Below, piece after piece: positions 37,911-57,400 of a stretch of 64,000 nt of DNA. Both the position numbers and the translations under genes were made by a program. A model generated the notes under the pieces. The model was not told the origin of the DNA. It was given only the letters and a program-made list of their open reading frames with translations, and did not search any database. Each line of letters opens with the position of its first letter. Position 1 is the first letter of the stretch. Source of the stretch: Trichoplax adhaerens (taxonomy: Eukaryota; Animalia; Placozoa); assembly GCF_000150275.1 (NCBI RefSeq), contig NW_002060966.1:591922-655921 (forward strand), in the 5' to 3' direction.

Positions 37911-40105
37911 AATAGAATAAATCCACATGATGCTCGGGATTTTTTAATCTGTAGAGTAGGGTAAATTTATCAATCAACACACTACATATGATTTCAGTAT
38001 CTATAATTAATCATTAACTTCCTATTGCGAAGTAGTATTTCATACTTGATTTAGTATGCTTAATTTGATGACTAATTCATATCATCTATTTGATTATTTG
38101 TAAGCCACAACACTTTCACTTAAAAACAAACTGCAATCTTCAAGATTAGAATTTGGATAACACAACTACCGCAATGCCTTTCTACTTTATGATAGACGTT
38201 ATAAATTAGCTACTTATTTGATTGATGTGATAAGATGTCCGTTAGTATTTATAAGATGCCGTTGTAGAACGTTATTTTCATTGTTCTCTATTTAGTATCT
38301 ATAATAAACTTTAGTCCAGCACTCACTCCAGTGAAGTCTTCTAACTGTGCGTTACAGTAAATCCTTCAAAAAAGTAATCGTAGCACTTCCTTATAGCTTT
38401 AAAATAAATTTCTATCACTGCTGCACTTGATTATTCAATTCTGTGCAGGTTTAATATCAAGCTTATAAATTAATACTATAAAGTACCGTAACCGATGTTT
38501 GCAACGATGTTACTGCCAATTTCTTTAAAATCTCTTGACTAGAATAATGTCAAGCCATGAAATTCATAATTTATTGACGTTCACGGTACTTTGCAATAAG
38601 TCTCAGTATATTTACGGCTACCTCAACTAGATATTAAGCGACTTTCCTGCCAATGTAGAACATAAGAGCATTCAGGCACGATCTAAATTTCTAAGTAACC
38701 TATTAAAAATCATTCATCTGAATAATCTTGCCGGATGATTGACTGCATGCTACACTTATAAGCGGCAATACACCCATTATGTAATGAAGCCTTCTTGCTG
38801 TCCTATTCGGCATTATCCGCCACGGTAACTTTGCTGAAACATTTAAAAGCAAGAAAGGACTAAATCTATTTACTTGATAAAGGCTTTATAGGATCGTTGT
38901 GCTACAATGCTATTAATTTGTAACGATTACATTATAGCGCGAACAGATTTATCATAGTTAAACTGATTGATGTGAATTAATGGTCAGTGTTACCCATCTG
39001 ACGAATATAACATTCGAAGGTTTCATCACTACTTCTGTGATGCTATCTGTTTTATGGAAACTACTCAATCATTTATCGCTAACGCAGAATTACACAATCA
39101 GTAGAAATTGAACGTTAGGTACGAAAACTATCGTTATCAGCCTGTAATTCTCGCAATAATTCTTGTAAGGGATAAAAGCAGAAGAAATTTACTAGAATTC
39201 AGTGTAGAAATCATCAGCTCAACCTTATCCCTATATGCTGTGAGGATTGCGATGAGGAATCGTAAGATTATTTGCAGTTACATGCAATACTATTCTAGTA
39301 AATGATATAGTTATAGTAGGTCAGACAAATTTCCTTAGGCTAAACTAGTATTAAAAGATATAAGATTAGCCAGTAAAGAAGAAAGAGAAAAGATCCTGCA
39401 TCACTAGCTATTGTTTTGATCCTTGTAACTAGTGTAACTAGTATTACATGGTACATAATTCTTCAGCAATGCCTAAAGCACTCGATGTCACAATCCATCG
39501 CGCTACTCTTGGCTCAAAACATTACAATAATAATATTCATTCTATATAGTCCATAAAAGTGTTTTATTTATTCACATAAAATTTTTAAATCATGCTAATA
39601 GTTCTTTATGCCGCAAATAATTTAATTTAATCTACGAGATTTACCAACATATTCTGCCATCATTAATTGAAGCTGCAGTCATGATTAGTTTTTAGTACAT
39701 TTATCTAAATGTATCTCTCAATTATGATTTAAATTAGCAGTATTAATACTCCTGCATTATATTAGTTTGCAAGCATAGAACTAAGAATTTCTCCAGGTAT
39801 TTATTCGGCTATCAGACAAGTAGTGGTTAGGAAGCATATACTCGGTAGTAAGAAATAATGTGGCTATGAATTTCTTTTAATGTATTGCTTTGTGTAGGAT
39901 AACTACCCGTTTTTTTTAACGGGAACTTTGCTAGTTCTATTAATTGACTAATAACCCTAAGTCTGTACTTTAATTCTGGCACTTCAATTATGGGAATGTC
40001 CACTTAAAACCAAATGTTACTTATGAAAGATACTGCAAATGATAACGAAGTAAAGTTGACATAGGATCTTCATAATCCTCTAAAGACATATTAAAACATT
40101 GGGTT

Positions 40106-43100
40106 CTACGACTGTAATAAATTCAAATATCTAGAACTGCTGTATTTCTTCTTTAACTTAGCGAAACCAATCCTATCTTTTCCCACATCAAATTCAGTGT
40201 AATAGGAGCGAAGAAAAACGTCACCGAAAATCCACGTATCTTCTTCTTCTTCAAGTTCTAAAAAGCCACTGATGCAATGTTTATTGCCTTTTAGGGTATA
40301 CTAAACATGCAGATAAACATCACACACATTAAAATATTATTAAATCGGAAAATGAATAAATAGATCAGCAATAGAAATGCATGTATCGACATCTGGTTAA
40401 CTACAAACCTGATGAACGTAATGTTCAGGATCGAGAGTATATCTGATTTTATCAATTGTAAAGGTGATTTTAGGTAACGATTTGATTCTCGTACAGTCTA
40501 TGAAATTCTATAGAAGGTCAAAATTTTCAATATCTTAATATTTCTATCCATCGCAGTATAAGATCTGTACAGCTATGAAATAAACGATGAATTCTATTGA
40601 CAATCAATTACTATTCAAGTTTTATTCCATCTTGTCAAAGTATGACAGTTGGTACCATTAGGTAGTTAGGTATTGTTAGGAATTAACTTGGATACTTTAA
40701 CTATTATTTAATTATTGGAGCGATTTCAATCTGTCGCAATGTCGAACATAGCTTAAAATTCTACTCTGTACTATTTAACATACTATTGAATAGCAGAATT
40801 AAAGATCATACTTGTCCACCAATTTTCTGAGCTCCAATTGCGTGCTGGATTCGTTGAATATCTTTCGAAGGACCAAATATCAGGGAAGTACCGGTTTCGA
40901 TAATAGCCGTGCAGCCGTGAGTGCAAAACTTAACGCCTCGATTTACTGTACCGCTATAATTACAGTCCAACATTTAACAATCATTTACTAGTCATAGGTA
41001 GCAGATGTTGTAAAACTGATAAACATATGAATATTGCAGCTATGGTACCTATCAACTTTAATAATCCAACTTCCTTTATGAATTACATTGGTATAATGAA
41101 ATTTGCCTTCGTAGTATCTTGAGTCAGAACCACCAAAGATGATTTCGCCTCCAGCAGTACCTTCTTCATCTCTATCCAGTAAGCAAAGATCGATATTATA
41201 TCAGAAATCTTAGAGTATTTAGAGATATCAAAAATCTTAAGAGTATTTGCAATATGCTGTATAGGACTGTAATGAATGCGTCTCACAATTGCTATCATAG
41301 TCAAATTGTATCTTCTAAAAGGCTTTTATTACAAGTTTTTAGGAATAGTAGAGCAATAATTAATTACTATAAGAATCTAGTCTAAAGTATTCCGAGCTTA
41401 ATGCAAAGTGAAGTCTCTGTGAGCTCATCTGTGCAGTTCTTATAAACATTTCGTTAAATCCATTTATGACAACTTGATTAATCTGCAATCAGACATGAGT
41501 CATCAAATAAAATACTTTTCTCTAATAGTACATCATTATTTTCTACAATCCAAATCATTCCACTTAAGATGTCACTACTTTTCTATTAACGTCTAGGCCC
41601 TTTCTTCGAAGGGCATCTTAAGAACTACAGCATTTCTACCTACATAAATCTTGTACCATAATTAGTCAATAGGCTACAATTAGTCATCCACAATTTCTAA
41701 TATAGTAGTTAGCAATCATCTAATATTAGCTTCACGGTAATATCTATTCAAAGTAACCTAACTATATCAAATGTAGCTATTCGTAAAATCAAATACGGTG
41801 CATCACTACAAGGACAACGAGTATCGAGTAGATTGCTGCATTAGTATATTTTAATTATATAATTATCGTTGATTGCACTTTATTAAAATCATAGTAACTC
41901 CTAGCAATAAATACCCTACCTGCTGAAATAAAAAGAAAACACCTTTTTTTTTATGAGATCTTGTGCTAGCATATTATTTAGGACAGAATTGGCATCACAA
42001 TTTGAATGTGGTTTATGTCTCAATCCAACCATGCCATCAAAACTGGCTGAAGTCAAGAAAAAACTTAGCTCCTCGGTCACTTCTATAAATGATTGGTTCT
42101 TTATTTCGATACCAGCAATCTGTTTAAACCAATAAAATTGGATTGCTGTTCTTAAATTGCAAAATGGTAGAGGCAAAAAGAACTTAACAGCAATTATGTA
42201 CTAACATTGACAACATCTTCACTCATAAAACCATCAACAGAGCCTAAGCCATATTGCAAGAAGCATTTACCACCATCAGGAATATAGGTTATCGACTTGG
42301 AGTGATGGTATTTATTATGAGCCTCTAATAAACGATCATTGATGTTATGCTATAGAAATAGCAATCTAGAACTTAACTTTTTAATGTTATAGATAGCAAA
42401 GTGTTTAACTTACTACATTCTGCTCCACACAGTATTGAAGGTATCCACATTTCTGATGAGCCTGTACTAAACAAAACTGTAAACTCTTGCGGTGGTGTGC
42501 CAACCGATATTTTACCGTAGTAATAAGCCTAAAATGAATCGTAGGATGATAATTTGAAGAATGCAATAAAGATCTAATATTATTTTCATTAAATTGAAAT
42601 TAAATAGGACCACGACCACTGATGATGGAAAGTTATTCCAATTCAAGAGATCAGTTTTATAAATAGATTTTTTTCACACTATTTACCAATTGAACTAAGA
42701 CATAAATTGTGATGTAGTTTTAACAATGAGTCTAGCTAAAGTATATCCTTAAAACCAATAAACCTGAGACTTCATAGTTTTTTACGTTGCCTATCGACTT
42801 ATCTACCCATTTAATGCACATCGAATTAGAATTTTAGATTAGGTAAGACGAAATCTTATGTAATATTATATTCAAATTTGCCACCAAATCTTACATCCTT
42901 GTAGTTCTTCAGTAATTCGACTCCATTTTTACCGTGAGCTCTTGTATATTTAGCTTCCAACATGTTTTGCGTAATACCGGCTTCCAATAACTTTTGACGG
43001 AGTGATACCATATTGTATAACTTGATCCTATATGTTGTGAAAAGAAACTGATTCAGAAAACTGCGATTATTTAGAATCATCTCGAAATACTATATTTGGG

Positions 43101-44911
43101 GAATAGAATACGACAACACAATTTCCATCTTTCGTGGTAATGCAAAAAATAATCTAAAGGCATTTATTATTCAATACTTAGAACCTTGTCGTAATAAATG
43201 GATCGAAGATGATAAGACTACTTATAAGTTAAATTAGTGTATGGCATATTTTATGATCGTCTTATGCCAGTCATGCATAGCTTTCATAATTGTGAAACAT
43301 CAATCAATCCATGACCTACGAGTGCAGTATCAATAATTACCTAATTGTCTGATAGTAATTCTAGAATATACTGCATAAACTTCTCTAATTAATGTTGATG
43401 AAAATAGAAACGATTATATTCAATAAATCTTAAATCATGGTAAGACTACATAGTCTTGCTTCATATTAATCTATCCACAATCACCTACATAAAACCATGG
43501 GCTATATCAGACCGTGTGGCAATTCATTCTTTATTAGCCCGACAAAGATATCGTAATTAATAATGTTAAATTATTTAACGCGCTAGATGAAGAAGTATGC
43601 TTCTAAGCTAGGAAGGTAGTGAAATGGTAAAATAGGCTACTAGCTGCAAGCTGATGAACCTGTAATGAGTTAGAACACTTTTACCGTGGCTAATTATATA
43701 ACAGGATTAAGATTTTACTTGCGAATTCCTATTGAATGATGAATATAATACTTATGTACTCATCTAGAAATGATAATAGCAATCCTAAAATTTTGACTAT
43801 TATTGCCAAAACTGAAGGTTTTCTTTGCTATTCCCTGGAGTAATGAAGTAGATACGTATGATCCAAATTATAGTATTTAACCGCGGTACTAATTATAAAC
43901 AGAATAACAATACACATACGTACTATAAACTATAGAGACCATTTCTTAATTCAAAAGTCTTAAAAAGCAATTACAGAAATGAATCTTTCGTTTAATAATG
44001 TTACTTACATTAATATAAACGTAACAACACATTGCATAGAGTATCGTAAGTAGCGATCATTAGTGTCAACAAGTTTTAGTGCATTGGAAAAAATTAAACT
44101 ACCACTTCCGTAATACTTTTCATATTGTACGAAGATATTTAGTCATAAGTTTGCTTTGAAGTTTAATTCCTGTTCATTTGAACGAGTGGTCTGCTAGTAA
44201 TTATAAAAACTGTATATAGCCGCTTAGTGATTTTGTAAAATGACAGATTTTTTAATATATGCGGTAACAAATATATGCAAAGCGCATCACTACAATAAAT
44301 TGCTCATATCTACATACTTATTGAGGCAGCAAAATTCATTAAATGATAATTTTTCAACAAATCGACCACATGAAGCACACATGTATTTGCGTATGGTCGA
44401 TATATTGGTAGACCAAGAGTTACTCTTAAATAGTACAGCAACAGTAGTTAGATCAAACAATATTTTCTTTGAATATTTCTTAGATAAAAATCTCTTCAAT
44501 CGGTAAATTGTAGTATTACGAGCAAGAAATAGCATTGAATTATAAGAGTATAATTCTACTTTCTTATACCTGGCTAAAAGTACTAGCAGCTTTTACAACA
44601 GTAAAGCTCTATATATAGTTATTTGTTTATCCCTCTACGGTAGAAAATAAGTTAGACTTTACTTTTTACTCTATTATTGTCATTCAATATCGAGTAGTTT
44701 AGAGAAATGGATAAGCTAAATAAAGTCTATAACACGATACTGATGAATCTGGAGGTTATAGACTTGGGTATATCATCTTATCTATAAACGCGGGTGATAA
44801 GCAGTGCATAAATATGCATTAATTCAAATCCATATTGCCCTACCTTTGCAAAGCAGTTGCAAATGTTAAGAAAGCCACAAGAACAGCAAGTGGAGTTCGT
44901 ATCTTGTACAT
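40106..44911 (-). CDS. Secreted pepsin/cathepsin D-family (A1) homolog, predicted catalytically inactive (both catalytic Asp substituted)
   Basis: Nine exons: 44844-44911 (signal peptide [23 protein letters not shown]), 42895-43027, 42414-42528, 42206-42324, 41920-42119, 41049-41171, 40812-40953, 40409-40507, 40106-40300. Motifs [68 protein letters not shown]. No stops or frameshifts found. Confidence 0.9.
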
Positions 44912-46771
44912 TTTTTATCAGGCCACACGAAAGAAGCTTAGAAATTAAAAATTTCACACTCTATTAAGAACCCGCAACAGTACCTCCTAATAGTAATAGT
45001 ACGTAGTATTTATATACTTCTCCGGTTATCAAAGATGACATAAGCATGATCTAAATATAGTATAATGAAAGACATGCGAACTCGTACGATCATAACTGGT
45101 TCTTAAATTATATACTCGATGTCATCAGATCCATTATTAATATTGAGGATTGGAATATTAATTCTGTTATGTATTCTTCAAATATTAATTAATCATTTTC
45201 AAATTGAATCAGCTAATTGTAAAATATCAGATAAATTAAGGAATTTCTTGATAAATGTGATTAATTGCGGCTCAATATTTCTAGGGAATATAGATAGATG
45301 GAATAGATAATATGTTACTGTCGTTTAATTATGATTATCAATAGCAAGATCAGAATAGAATTAGTTATAGAAATACATAAATACTATGTTTATTAATTTA
45401 AGCTATCTTTTGTTTTATGACCAGTTTTTTTACACCAGTAAGCACTCATTCTTCCTCGCATTATGGTTTGCACACTTCAATCATAGATAATAAATTCAAA
45501 CATTAATTCATTTCTACCATTATCGAAGACCATACTATACATTATTTTGAGGACAACGCATTATCATTCTTATGCATTTATACGAATGGCTAAACTCTTA
45601 TCATTCCTTCAACAACTGGGAAATTAACAAACTCGAATTTGAGTTCTACATTAATCATTGCTCACGCAATATTGATTGCTACAATAAAATAGCAAGAGCA
45701 ATTTTATAAACTAATCTAGACTCAATGATATATTTTATCGCTTCTTAAATTAATTTTAAATAATCTATTGTAGACTTTAATTCATATTTACTTATTACTA
45801 AATATGATTTTATTGTTAAGAATTTATATCGTAATCAAATTTTGTATTACTATGTAAAATTTATCAACTCTTCAATGCCACTGGTAAAATTTCTATGATA
45901 AGTAGAACTTTCTGTTCTAGCCCTTTAATTAGCAGAAGTCTTTCGTGGTGATATTGATCTGATTAATGGTTTATTCCTTTGTCTTTGTCTTACTCTAAAC
46001 TTTTCTGTAATTTTAAAATTTTAAGCGTAATATGGCAATTTAAGCAGTAAGATATTAAGCTAATTGCGTTAGCTGCAGAAAATTATCTTGGCTATAAAAA
46101 AGAAATGCTTTCTTGTTAAGATTTGAGCCATGCATAATTTTTGTACTTTACGCGGCTATATAAACTGATCGAATACCCTAAGATCTTGCAAAGACATTTC
46201 TCTACAACTTATGGTGTGGTTATCGCTTTTGAAACGCATTTTCTAAAGTCTAGAATATTTATATCATCAAAGTAAGCAATGACAATAATAGGATACTGTG
46301 ATGATCGTTCCCTTTGAATCTTTATGATTTTGTTAGCAATTATCAAATATTATACGAGAATTGATAGTATATCCAAGTCATTAGTCCAAGTAAATTGTTC
46401 TTCAAGATTGCTAAGACTTTCTTTTCATAATATTTGTGCAATAATTATAATCGAAGATTTAACAAATAAACAATTACGGTAGAGAGATCTGCATGGTATT
46501 CTTATTTCACTAATAAAATATCTTTGTAATTTTACTTCAATTGTCTGGTGATTTTGCTATTAGGGAAAAATTAGTAATGAAAATGCGCTATTGATGTGCT
46601 AGGCCTTACTTTCATTATTACCAGTTATTTGCATTTGAAACGAGTTTATATAGAGTGAGTTATATCGTATTTATTTACTAAAGGTATTTTTACTTTTTAC
46701 AATAGAGGCATTACCTTACAGTATCAATTTTAAGCGTTAGTATTCCCAATTTTCTTGGAAGTAGACTAAAA

Positions 46772-50754
<3,983 letters not shown>

Positions 50755-53700
50755 ACTTCGTAATGATCCCTAACATTAGCCAATATCGTATTATATTGTG
50801 TCGTCTAATTAGCTAGTAGTCATACTCGTACGCTAAAAAATAAAGTGCGACTGTAAGATCAGTTAAGGCAACAGATTTTACCTTTCTACACTTTCTAATT
50901 GCAATTTATCAAACTCTATCATATCATTCTATGAAGTATACTAAATATTAGTGAATTTGATTTCTTTATAATGTAGTTAATGATTAGAAGTCTATTTAGG
51001 AGTAATATACATTCTAATGTTTTCATAACTTTTATAACAGTGTAGTAATTTGGTAATTGCTATCGTTAAACCTTCTAGCTATTACATTTAAAATAGTAAT
51101 TATTATTTTGTTATCGCCTTTGTATTGACGCTAATGTTAAACGTCTAATAAAAAACTTTTTAATTTGCTATGTATAAGCTACGTTACTATTAAACATGAT
51201 TGAATAATTTAATACAATAAAGCATAACAGAGCACAACAACTGTATTATCTCGGTCGACAAATATACGATAGATAGAATTTAATTAATTCACAACTGAGA
51301 AAAGGTTTACAAGTCCAATTAACAGTACTGTACTTTTGTACAGCATACAGTACACGGATAACGGTAAAAAGTTACAGAACCTCTGACAGGTCTATCAAAT
51401 GGTAATACTATCTGTTAAATGAGCACATTATCGTAAACCGTCAGCAAAGCGACGGGAGTTTGCACTAGTATCTCTTAAATTGATACTTAGTACTCTCCAT
51501 CTTCTATGTTATGTAGATTAATCAATCGGCTAGCCTCCCTACAAGGTTGTTGTTTTACTATTAGAACTTTGAGATTGTTATGCTGCTACCGTAAACTATC
51601 AAAAGCTGCCATTCCAACTAAATTATTCAATGTAGGTATGAAATCATCAACTTGACTAAACACGAATACATGCACTAAAGTTAAATCCTCTAGTTGGTGA
51701 CACATTCTACTAAAAAAATAAGACAAAAACAATAATTTGTTTTGTATATCTGCCAATAATCATGTTAACTTAATCCCTTTGTTTACGGAAATATCATGAA
51801 ATACTACGTTTCGGTGCCAATAAATGCTCTATGTAGCAAGTAAAGTTAATTTAGAGGAGTACAGCGATAAATATGAAGCTCACTGAGCACAATAGGCAAA
51901 TGTAGGGACTATCAGAGTCACGTTAAGTTACATTACTAAGTATATCCTTAAACACATGAGCTGGTTTTAAGCACTTTTATATGAGTCCAGATGGTGTGAT
52001 ATCAATTGCTGAGAAATTTACAGTTTGTGAAGTAGTGAAGGCAAGAAATTAATCCGAATTAATGTTCAAGATAATAATATTTACTTGTACTGTAACTATT
52101 CATACTATAGATATAGCATCAATAAATTGAAATTTATTCGGCGACTTTTATGGATCAATAAATAGCCCTAACATTTAAGAAATTAAAAGTATAGCTCGTT
52201 TAATGCAACCGTTTTGTAAAGATGGCATAAAATAATATCATTACGTTGTTGTTGCAATTCGCTGTAACTTGGGGCTAAAGTTACTTAATGCGGTGATAGC
52301 CACAAAGTTTGGTGTTATCGATTTTTAATGTAGTTATTGCATTGAAGTATTTCGATAGCGGAATTAATTCCATCCGTAACCTGTATAAGAAAAAACAACT
52401 GCAATTTCCAAATTGACCTTCAAAGCACCAATTGAAGGGATATTATAAATGTGCCGAAGCATTCTCAAAAGTAACGAAAAATGAACAATAATTTCTTGTA
52501 ATCTTTACTTTATTACATACATTCGGTTCGCCTTACAAACACCTGATACTATCTAGTTGCAATCAGACTATTGCGGTTATTACAATAAATTTTACTGAAT
52601 TACTTACAAAATGATTTTTCTGAAAACAATCATTTCTTTCGATAGCGTTTTTGATAACTTCCTAAGCAATCTTGAGCGAAGCCAGAAGATCGAAGCATAT
52701 TCTTTCGAGTCAGATTGTCCCAAAAATAGCAGGATCTTTACTCGTAATAATTACCTGTAAGGTCAATTGGACTTTTCATCTCTGTATTATTATGTATGAT
52801 TTACATATTCGCCAGTTATACCTATTTAGATTGTTTCTAAAACGATATACTCAGTAACTAAATGTGTACGAACACGACGGTACTCTACCTGAATGGCATC
52901 ATCAAGTTTTTATGTTTGCCTAAAGCAATTGTTCTAGAACTTTAAATGTACCAATAATTACTATAATTTGATAGAAACTATTATTACTGCAATTTAAGTT
53001 TTAAAAGCATCATTAAATTGGTATTAACAAACACTGTACGATATGATAAATGAATCTTATTGGAGAGAATAGTATGCGAAGCTTTAAACTGTTACAGTAT
53101 TGGTTTATCACTCCAATAATGTAAGATTAGACTAGCTTTTAACTGTTTCACTTAATCACTTTGCTTACGTTGGTATTACAAATATCGTAGAAGAACATTG
53201 CAATATGTTTAATGTTGGATGTAACTGTAGTTCAGGAATATTGCATCGGTCAAAAACTCAAATCTATTGTATATCCTGTTTTCTTTTCGATTTTTGATAC
53301 AGATTCGATCAGTAAAAAGATACAGATTTAGTTGCCATTTCTATTATACGTTAAAATTAGCCTCTTTATGAAAAAATGTATGCTTTATTGCTGTAGGTAA
53401 ATTATGTAAATTTAGAATGATTATTTTACAGTACGTCCATACATAAGCTGTTGTAAAGGACAATGGCTAAGTAAATGGTAGAAATAACTGTTATAACTGC
53501 AAAAATAATAATTTAGGCTTGAAGTTATCAAGGTAAAACGATATTTAAAATTTAAAGTTCTTTATGGCACAAAGAAACCATTAGCAGGTATTGCTAGGAG
53601 TAGATTTTACGCTGAGCTACGACAAATTAGATCAGCATAAAGATGTTAATTAACGCAATTTTCACAAAATGACGGCATTATATGCAATACTTTTGATTTC

Positions 53701-54411
53701 TTAAATATTACAGCAACTTGTTAATCTTTACAAATCACCGAATAGATTTCGATTTACTTAGGCTATGTCCGTAATATGGAAAGTCACGGTACTGGTCAAT
53801 GTTTTTAACCTAACTTAGTTTAGATTAATTTCTTGTCTTCACAATTTCACAGACTGTAAATCTCTTAGCAATTCATTTAACAGTCCGTACTTGTATACGT
53901 GAGATTTACATGTGCAGAAATTACAATATTTTAAGATTTTTCATTACTCTTCAATACCTTTATATGAGATTAAGGCTACAAAGTAGAATAAAGTTTAGGT
54001 TATGGATGTGCTATTTATCTTAAATCATCCCTTCGATATTAGCTTCTACAACAAGTTAAAAGGCATGAAATCGCTTATGTCCGCTATATTCCTAAATCTT
54101 CAGTAAATTGGTTAGAAACTTTATCATTAACCTATTTGCTACCGCTTATAAGGTTCATGAAACTTGAAAATTTAACTTAATCTATTTTCTATGCTGACGT
54201 TACTTTAATGTTTTATTTTCACTGAATAACTAAGATGACACAATTAGCCCATGCTGCTACACATTATCGCTAAGTCAAAAAATCCATATTTTATATTCCT
54301 CAATTTGATTATTTTGGGATGTAATATAGTTGCTGCTTATTAATTTGGAATTGATTAATTTAAAATTAGTTTCAAGGTCAAAAATTTTGCTGAATGTGCG
54401 AGCAGGTAATA

Positions 54412-57400
54412 CTATTTCAAACACTTGAATTCTTCGAACTTACGCTTCATTCTTTTTCCTAAAGTATCTAATGAACGTGCAGATGAATTTTCTAATGCGT
54501 CGCAAACTACTAAAAAATCGTAATCGTCACGAGATAAAAGGATTTCCATTAAAGCTACAGATCGATCAGCTGTATTTTGCTTCCCATTTATATTCTCAAT
54601 TTCTGCCGGTGTTAAGACACGCTCGCGTCGTAAAATTTGCTTGATTTCGTCATATGGATTTTTTCTCTCAAATTCTTCACGACAACATTCTAGTGCTTTC
54701 CGGGTTGCGCTGCTTAATGAGGGCGGACTTTTTGGATCTTTATCGAGAAGTATTACAGAAGACCGGTAAGATTAATGTTATACGTGCCCTATGAGAATTT
54801 AGCTAGTAACTTTAGCTTGCAGCTCAACTACAAAAATGTAACTATTGCAAATCATAATTTTTTAAGACTTGGAGAAAGAAGGTGACAGTACCAGCTAGTT
54901 CGCTCAAAAAAGCGTGAATAAACGTCATTATACACTGATAAAATAATTCCTTATAACAACTACCATAACGATCTAAAACAAAAACACAAAGCTCTTATCT
55001 TGATTTAGTCTATAACTATCGCAGTCACTAATCTAAAACTATCACATATAGAATTATGAAAATAAAGGCAATGTACTATCTAAACTGAAAAATTAATATC
55101 GTAAAGTTCTGAATGAATCTCAATAAGATGCATACTTAATTTCCGTTGTAATTCATCATATTAGACATGGAATAATAACAGAAATTAAACTCATTTTTCT
55201 AGCACTAAAACGCATCCTAACTTTTACGGACTGCGATCAAAACGTTTACGGTAACTTCACTAACCATTCAAGGAATTTGATTGTCCACGAGCCACCTTGG
55301 AATCCTCTGATAAAAGAGGAGACTGATTTCGCTTCCTTTTAGTACTACAGAATGATGATGCTGATTCTAAATTTTCGCCACTATTTTTTTCCAAAGAGCT
55401 ATCAGGGATAGATTCGTAGTCAGACTGATTTTCGTCTTCTCCTGTAATTCAAGTACATTTAGACATTATTATATTAATATTATCCCCTTAATTATTAAAT
55501 AAAATTAAAGACGAAAGAATAGTTGAAACGGACATAAGTCTTTAAAAGCAAATAATAAATAGTTTTTGTTATGGAGTTAGACTCATACGAATATACGAGA
55601 CTATCTGACTTTCACTTTCATATATTGGCTATCTAGCAATTGGGCGTTGATTATATTTCATTTTGCATCACAGTAATCTACCTGTAATACTTCTGTAAAT
55701 TATTAAAAGCTAATTCTTATCATGTAGAGTATCGACAATAATCTCACCTTCACATGATATCGATTTGTCATCAAAATCATTCGCTTCGTTTGGTAGGGCT
55801 ACTTCTATAATGTTTTCAGTAAATATTTAATGCATAAATGAAATAGTCAGCTATCATTTTAATGACATACGGAGTATTAGGTAATCGTGCTTTTATAAAG
55901 AAAAAAGTTAAGAGATTGAAAAATGTACTAGAAAATAGCTAGAAATTTTTTTCAATTTTGTCAAAACTAAAGTAACTCTTTGACATTCGCATATATGTAA
56001 ATTTGCAATAACTGGTGAGAGTTGTTGCGTATAAGTAAAATGAAAATAATTGTAACTGATGAGAGTTATGATATACGAGTAAATTTATAAAACTCATAAC
56101 TGATGACAGTTATCATGTATGAGTAAATCTGCAACAATCATATCAGATGAGATTTATGATACTATCTCATAATACTCTATATCTGATTGCATGATATCAA
56201 GAAATAAGCAATATTAATTTCATTATTTCCAACAATTAATTACTGCTGAAAGACTGTGGGTATGTAACTCGAATTCTAAGCTCAAAATAGTACCTGGTTT
56301 GCATTCGTATAATTTCCAGTCTTTTATCACGTTCGCCGAGAAAAACAAACCGCATGTCGAACATTTAATCATACCATTTTTTATTAGCTTCGGAATGAGA
56401 ATTAGTCTTTCGCATTCTTGACATTCAATATAAAAATGACACTGAATGTCCTCCCGAGATAAAGTTTGACTTTTGACTACTTTAAGTAATTCATTTTTGA
56501 ACTTAATATGGGGCTGATCATTCGCTATTGAATCTGTTGCTCTTTTTTTAATTAGTTCGTTTACTTCGTCATTATTATTGACAACCTGATAAGAGTATTG
56601 CAAACAAATATGCGTACAACTTTTTTTTATTCTTACGATGTAATTATTATGACTTGGGAAGTATTCGGCACATTGCCTATATAATTTGACTATCCAGCCT
56701 TCTTGACTTGATGATAGAAAGTTATAAAAGATCTTACCGGTGATATAAGAAAATTTTTCCGGGTTAAAGCCTAAATAGAGACAGCTAGAATGATAGAATG
56801 TACTTAAATTACGGTTTAATTTCGTTTCGCATGGCGTCAATGAATATGGAAAGAAGTAATCCATTTGTGTATTAAGATTGTCTTGCATCGTCTCCGACTT
56901 TCCTAGAAATCGATAGATGAGGCCATAATATTCCATAATTAGCACGATTTTTTCTACATCAGTGTCATCTAAGCAATATCCATTTAATATTGCTTTGATT
57001 CCATTCTTTGGTACTACGCCTGTCTTTTTAGCGTGTTCGTAGTATTTTCTTTTTCTACCAGACATCGGAAGCTTGCTACTTTCATCTCCAATTTTAAAAA
57101 CCTCATTTATGATCGTAATGAGCCACAAAATGTTAATAACTAAGATGTCAACTTTTTCACCTGCTTGATAAAGCAGAACATCACCAATGTCCTGTAAATA
57201 TTCGAATATATTTAAAACCGATATTTCTCCGTCTTCAGTATCGATAGAATCTTGTATTTCTTTCAACGCTATCATTTGTTTACCTCTCCTTTTTATCGCA
57301 TTTAATGTCTCATCTCTATCATCTATTGAATTTGGCATATGAAGCTTTGTAGCTATGCCAGAGTCGATCCATTCAATAAATGTACTTCCTTTCAATTTTA

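Noticed and set aside
37911-38060. Possible SECIS after the DsbA-like gene
   Set aside because: No in-frame TGA in the gene and no convincing GA-quartet stem found by eye.
44240-44535. Overlapping opposite-strand ORFs (88 and 81 aa)
   Set aside because: They lie in intron 1 of the inactive protease gene; no recognisable homology.
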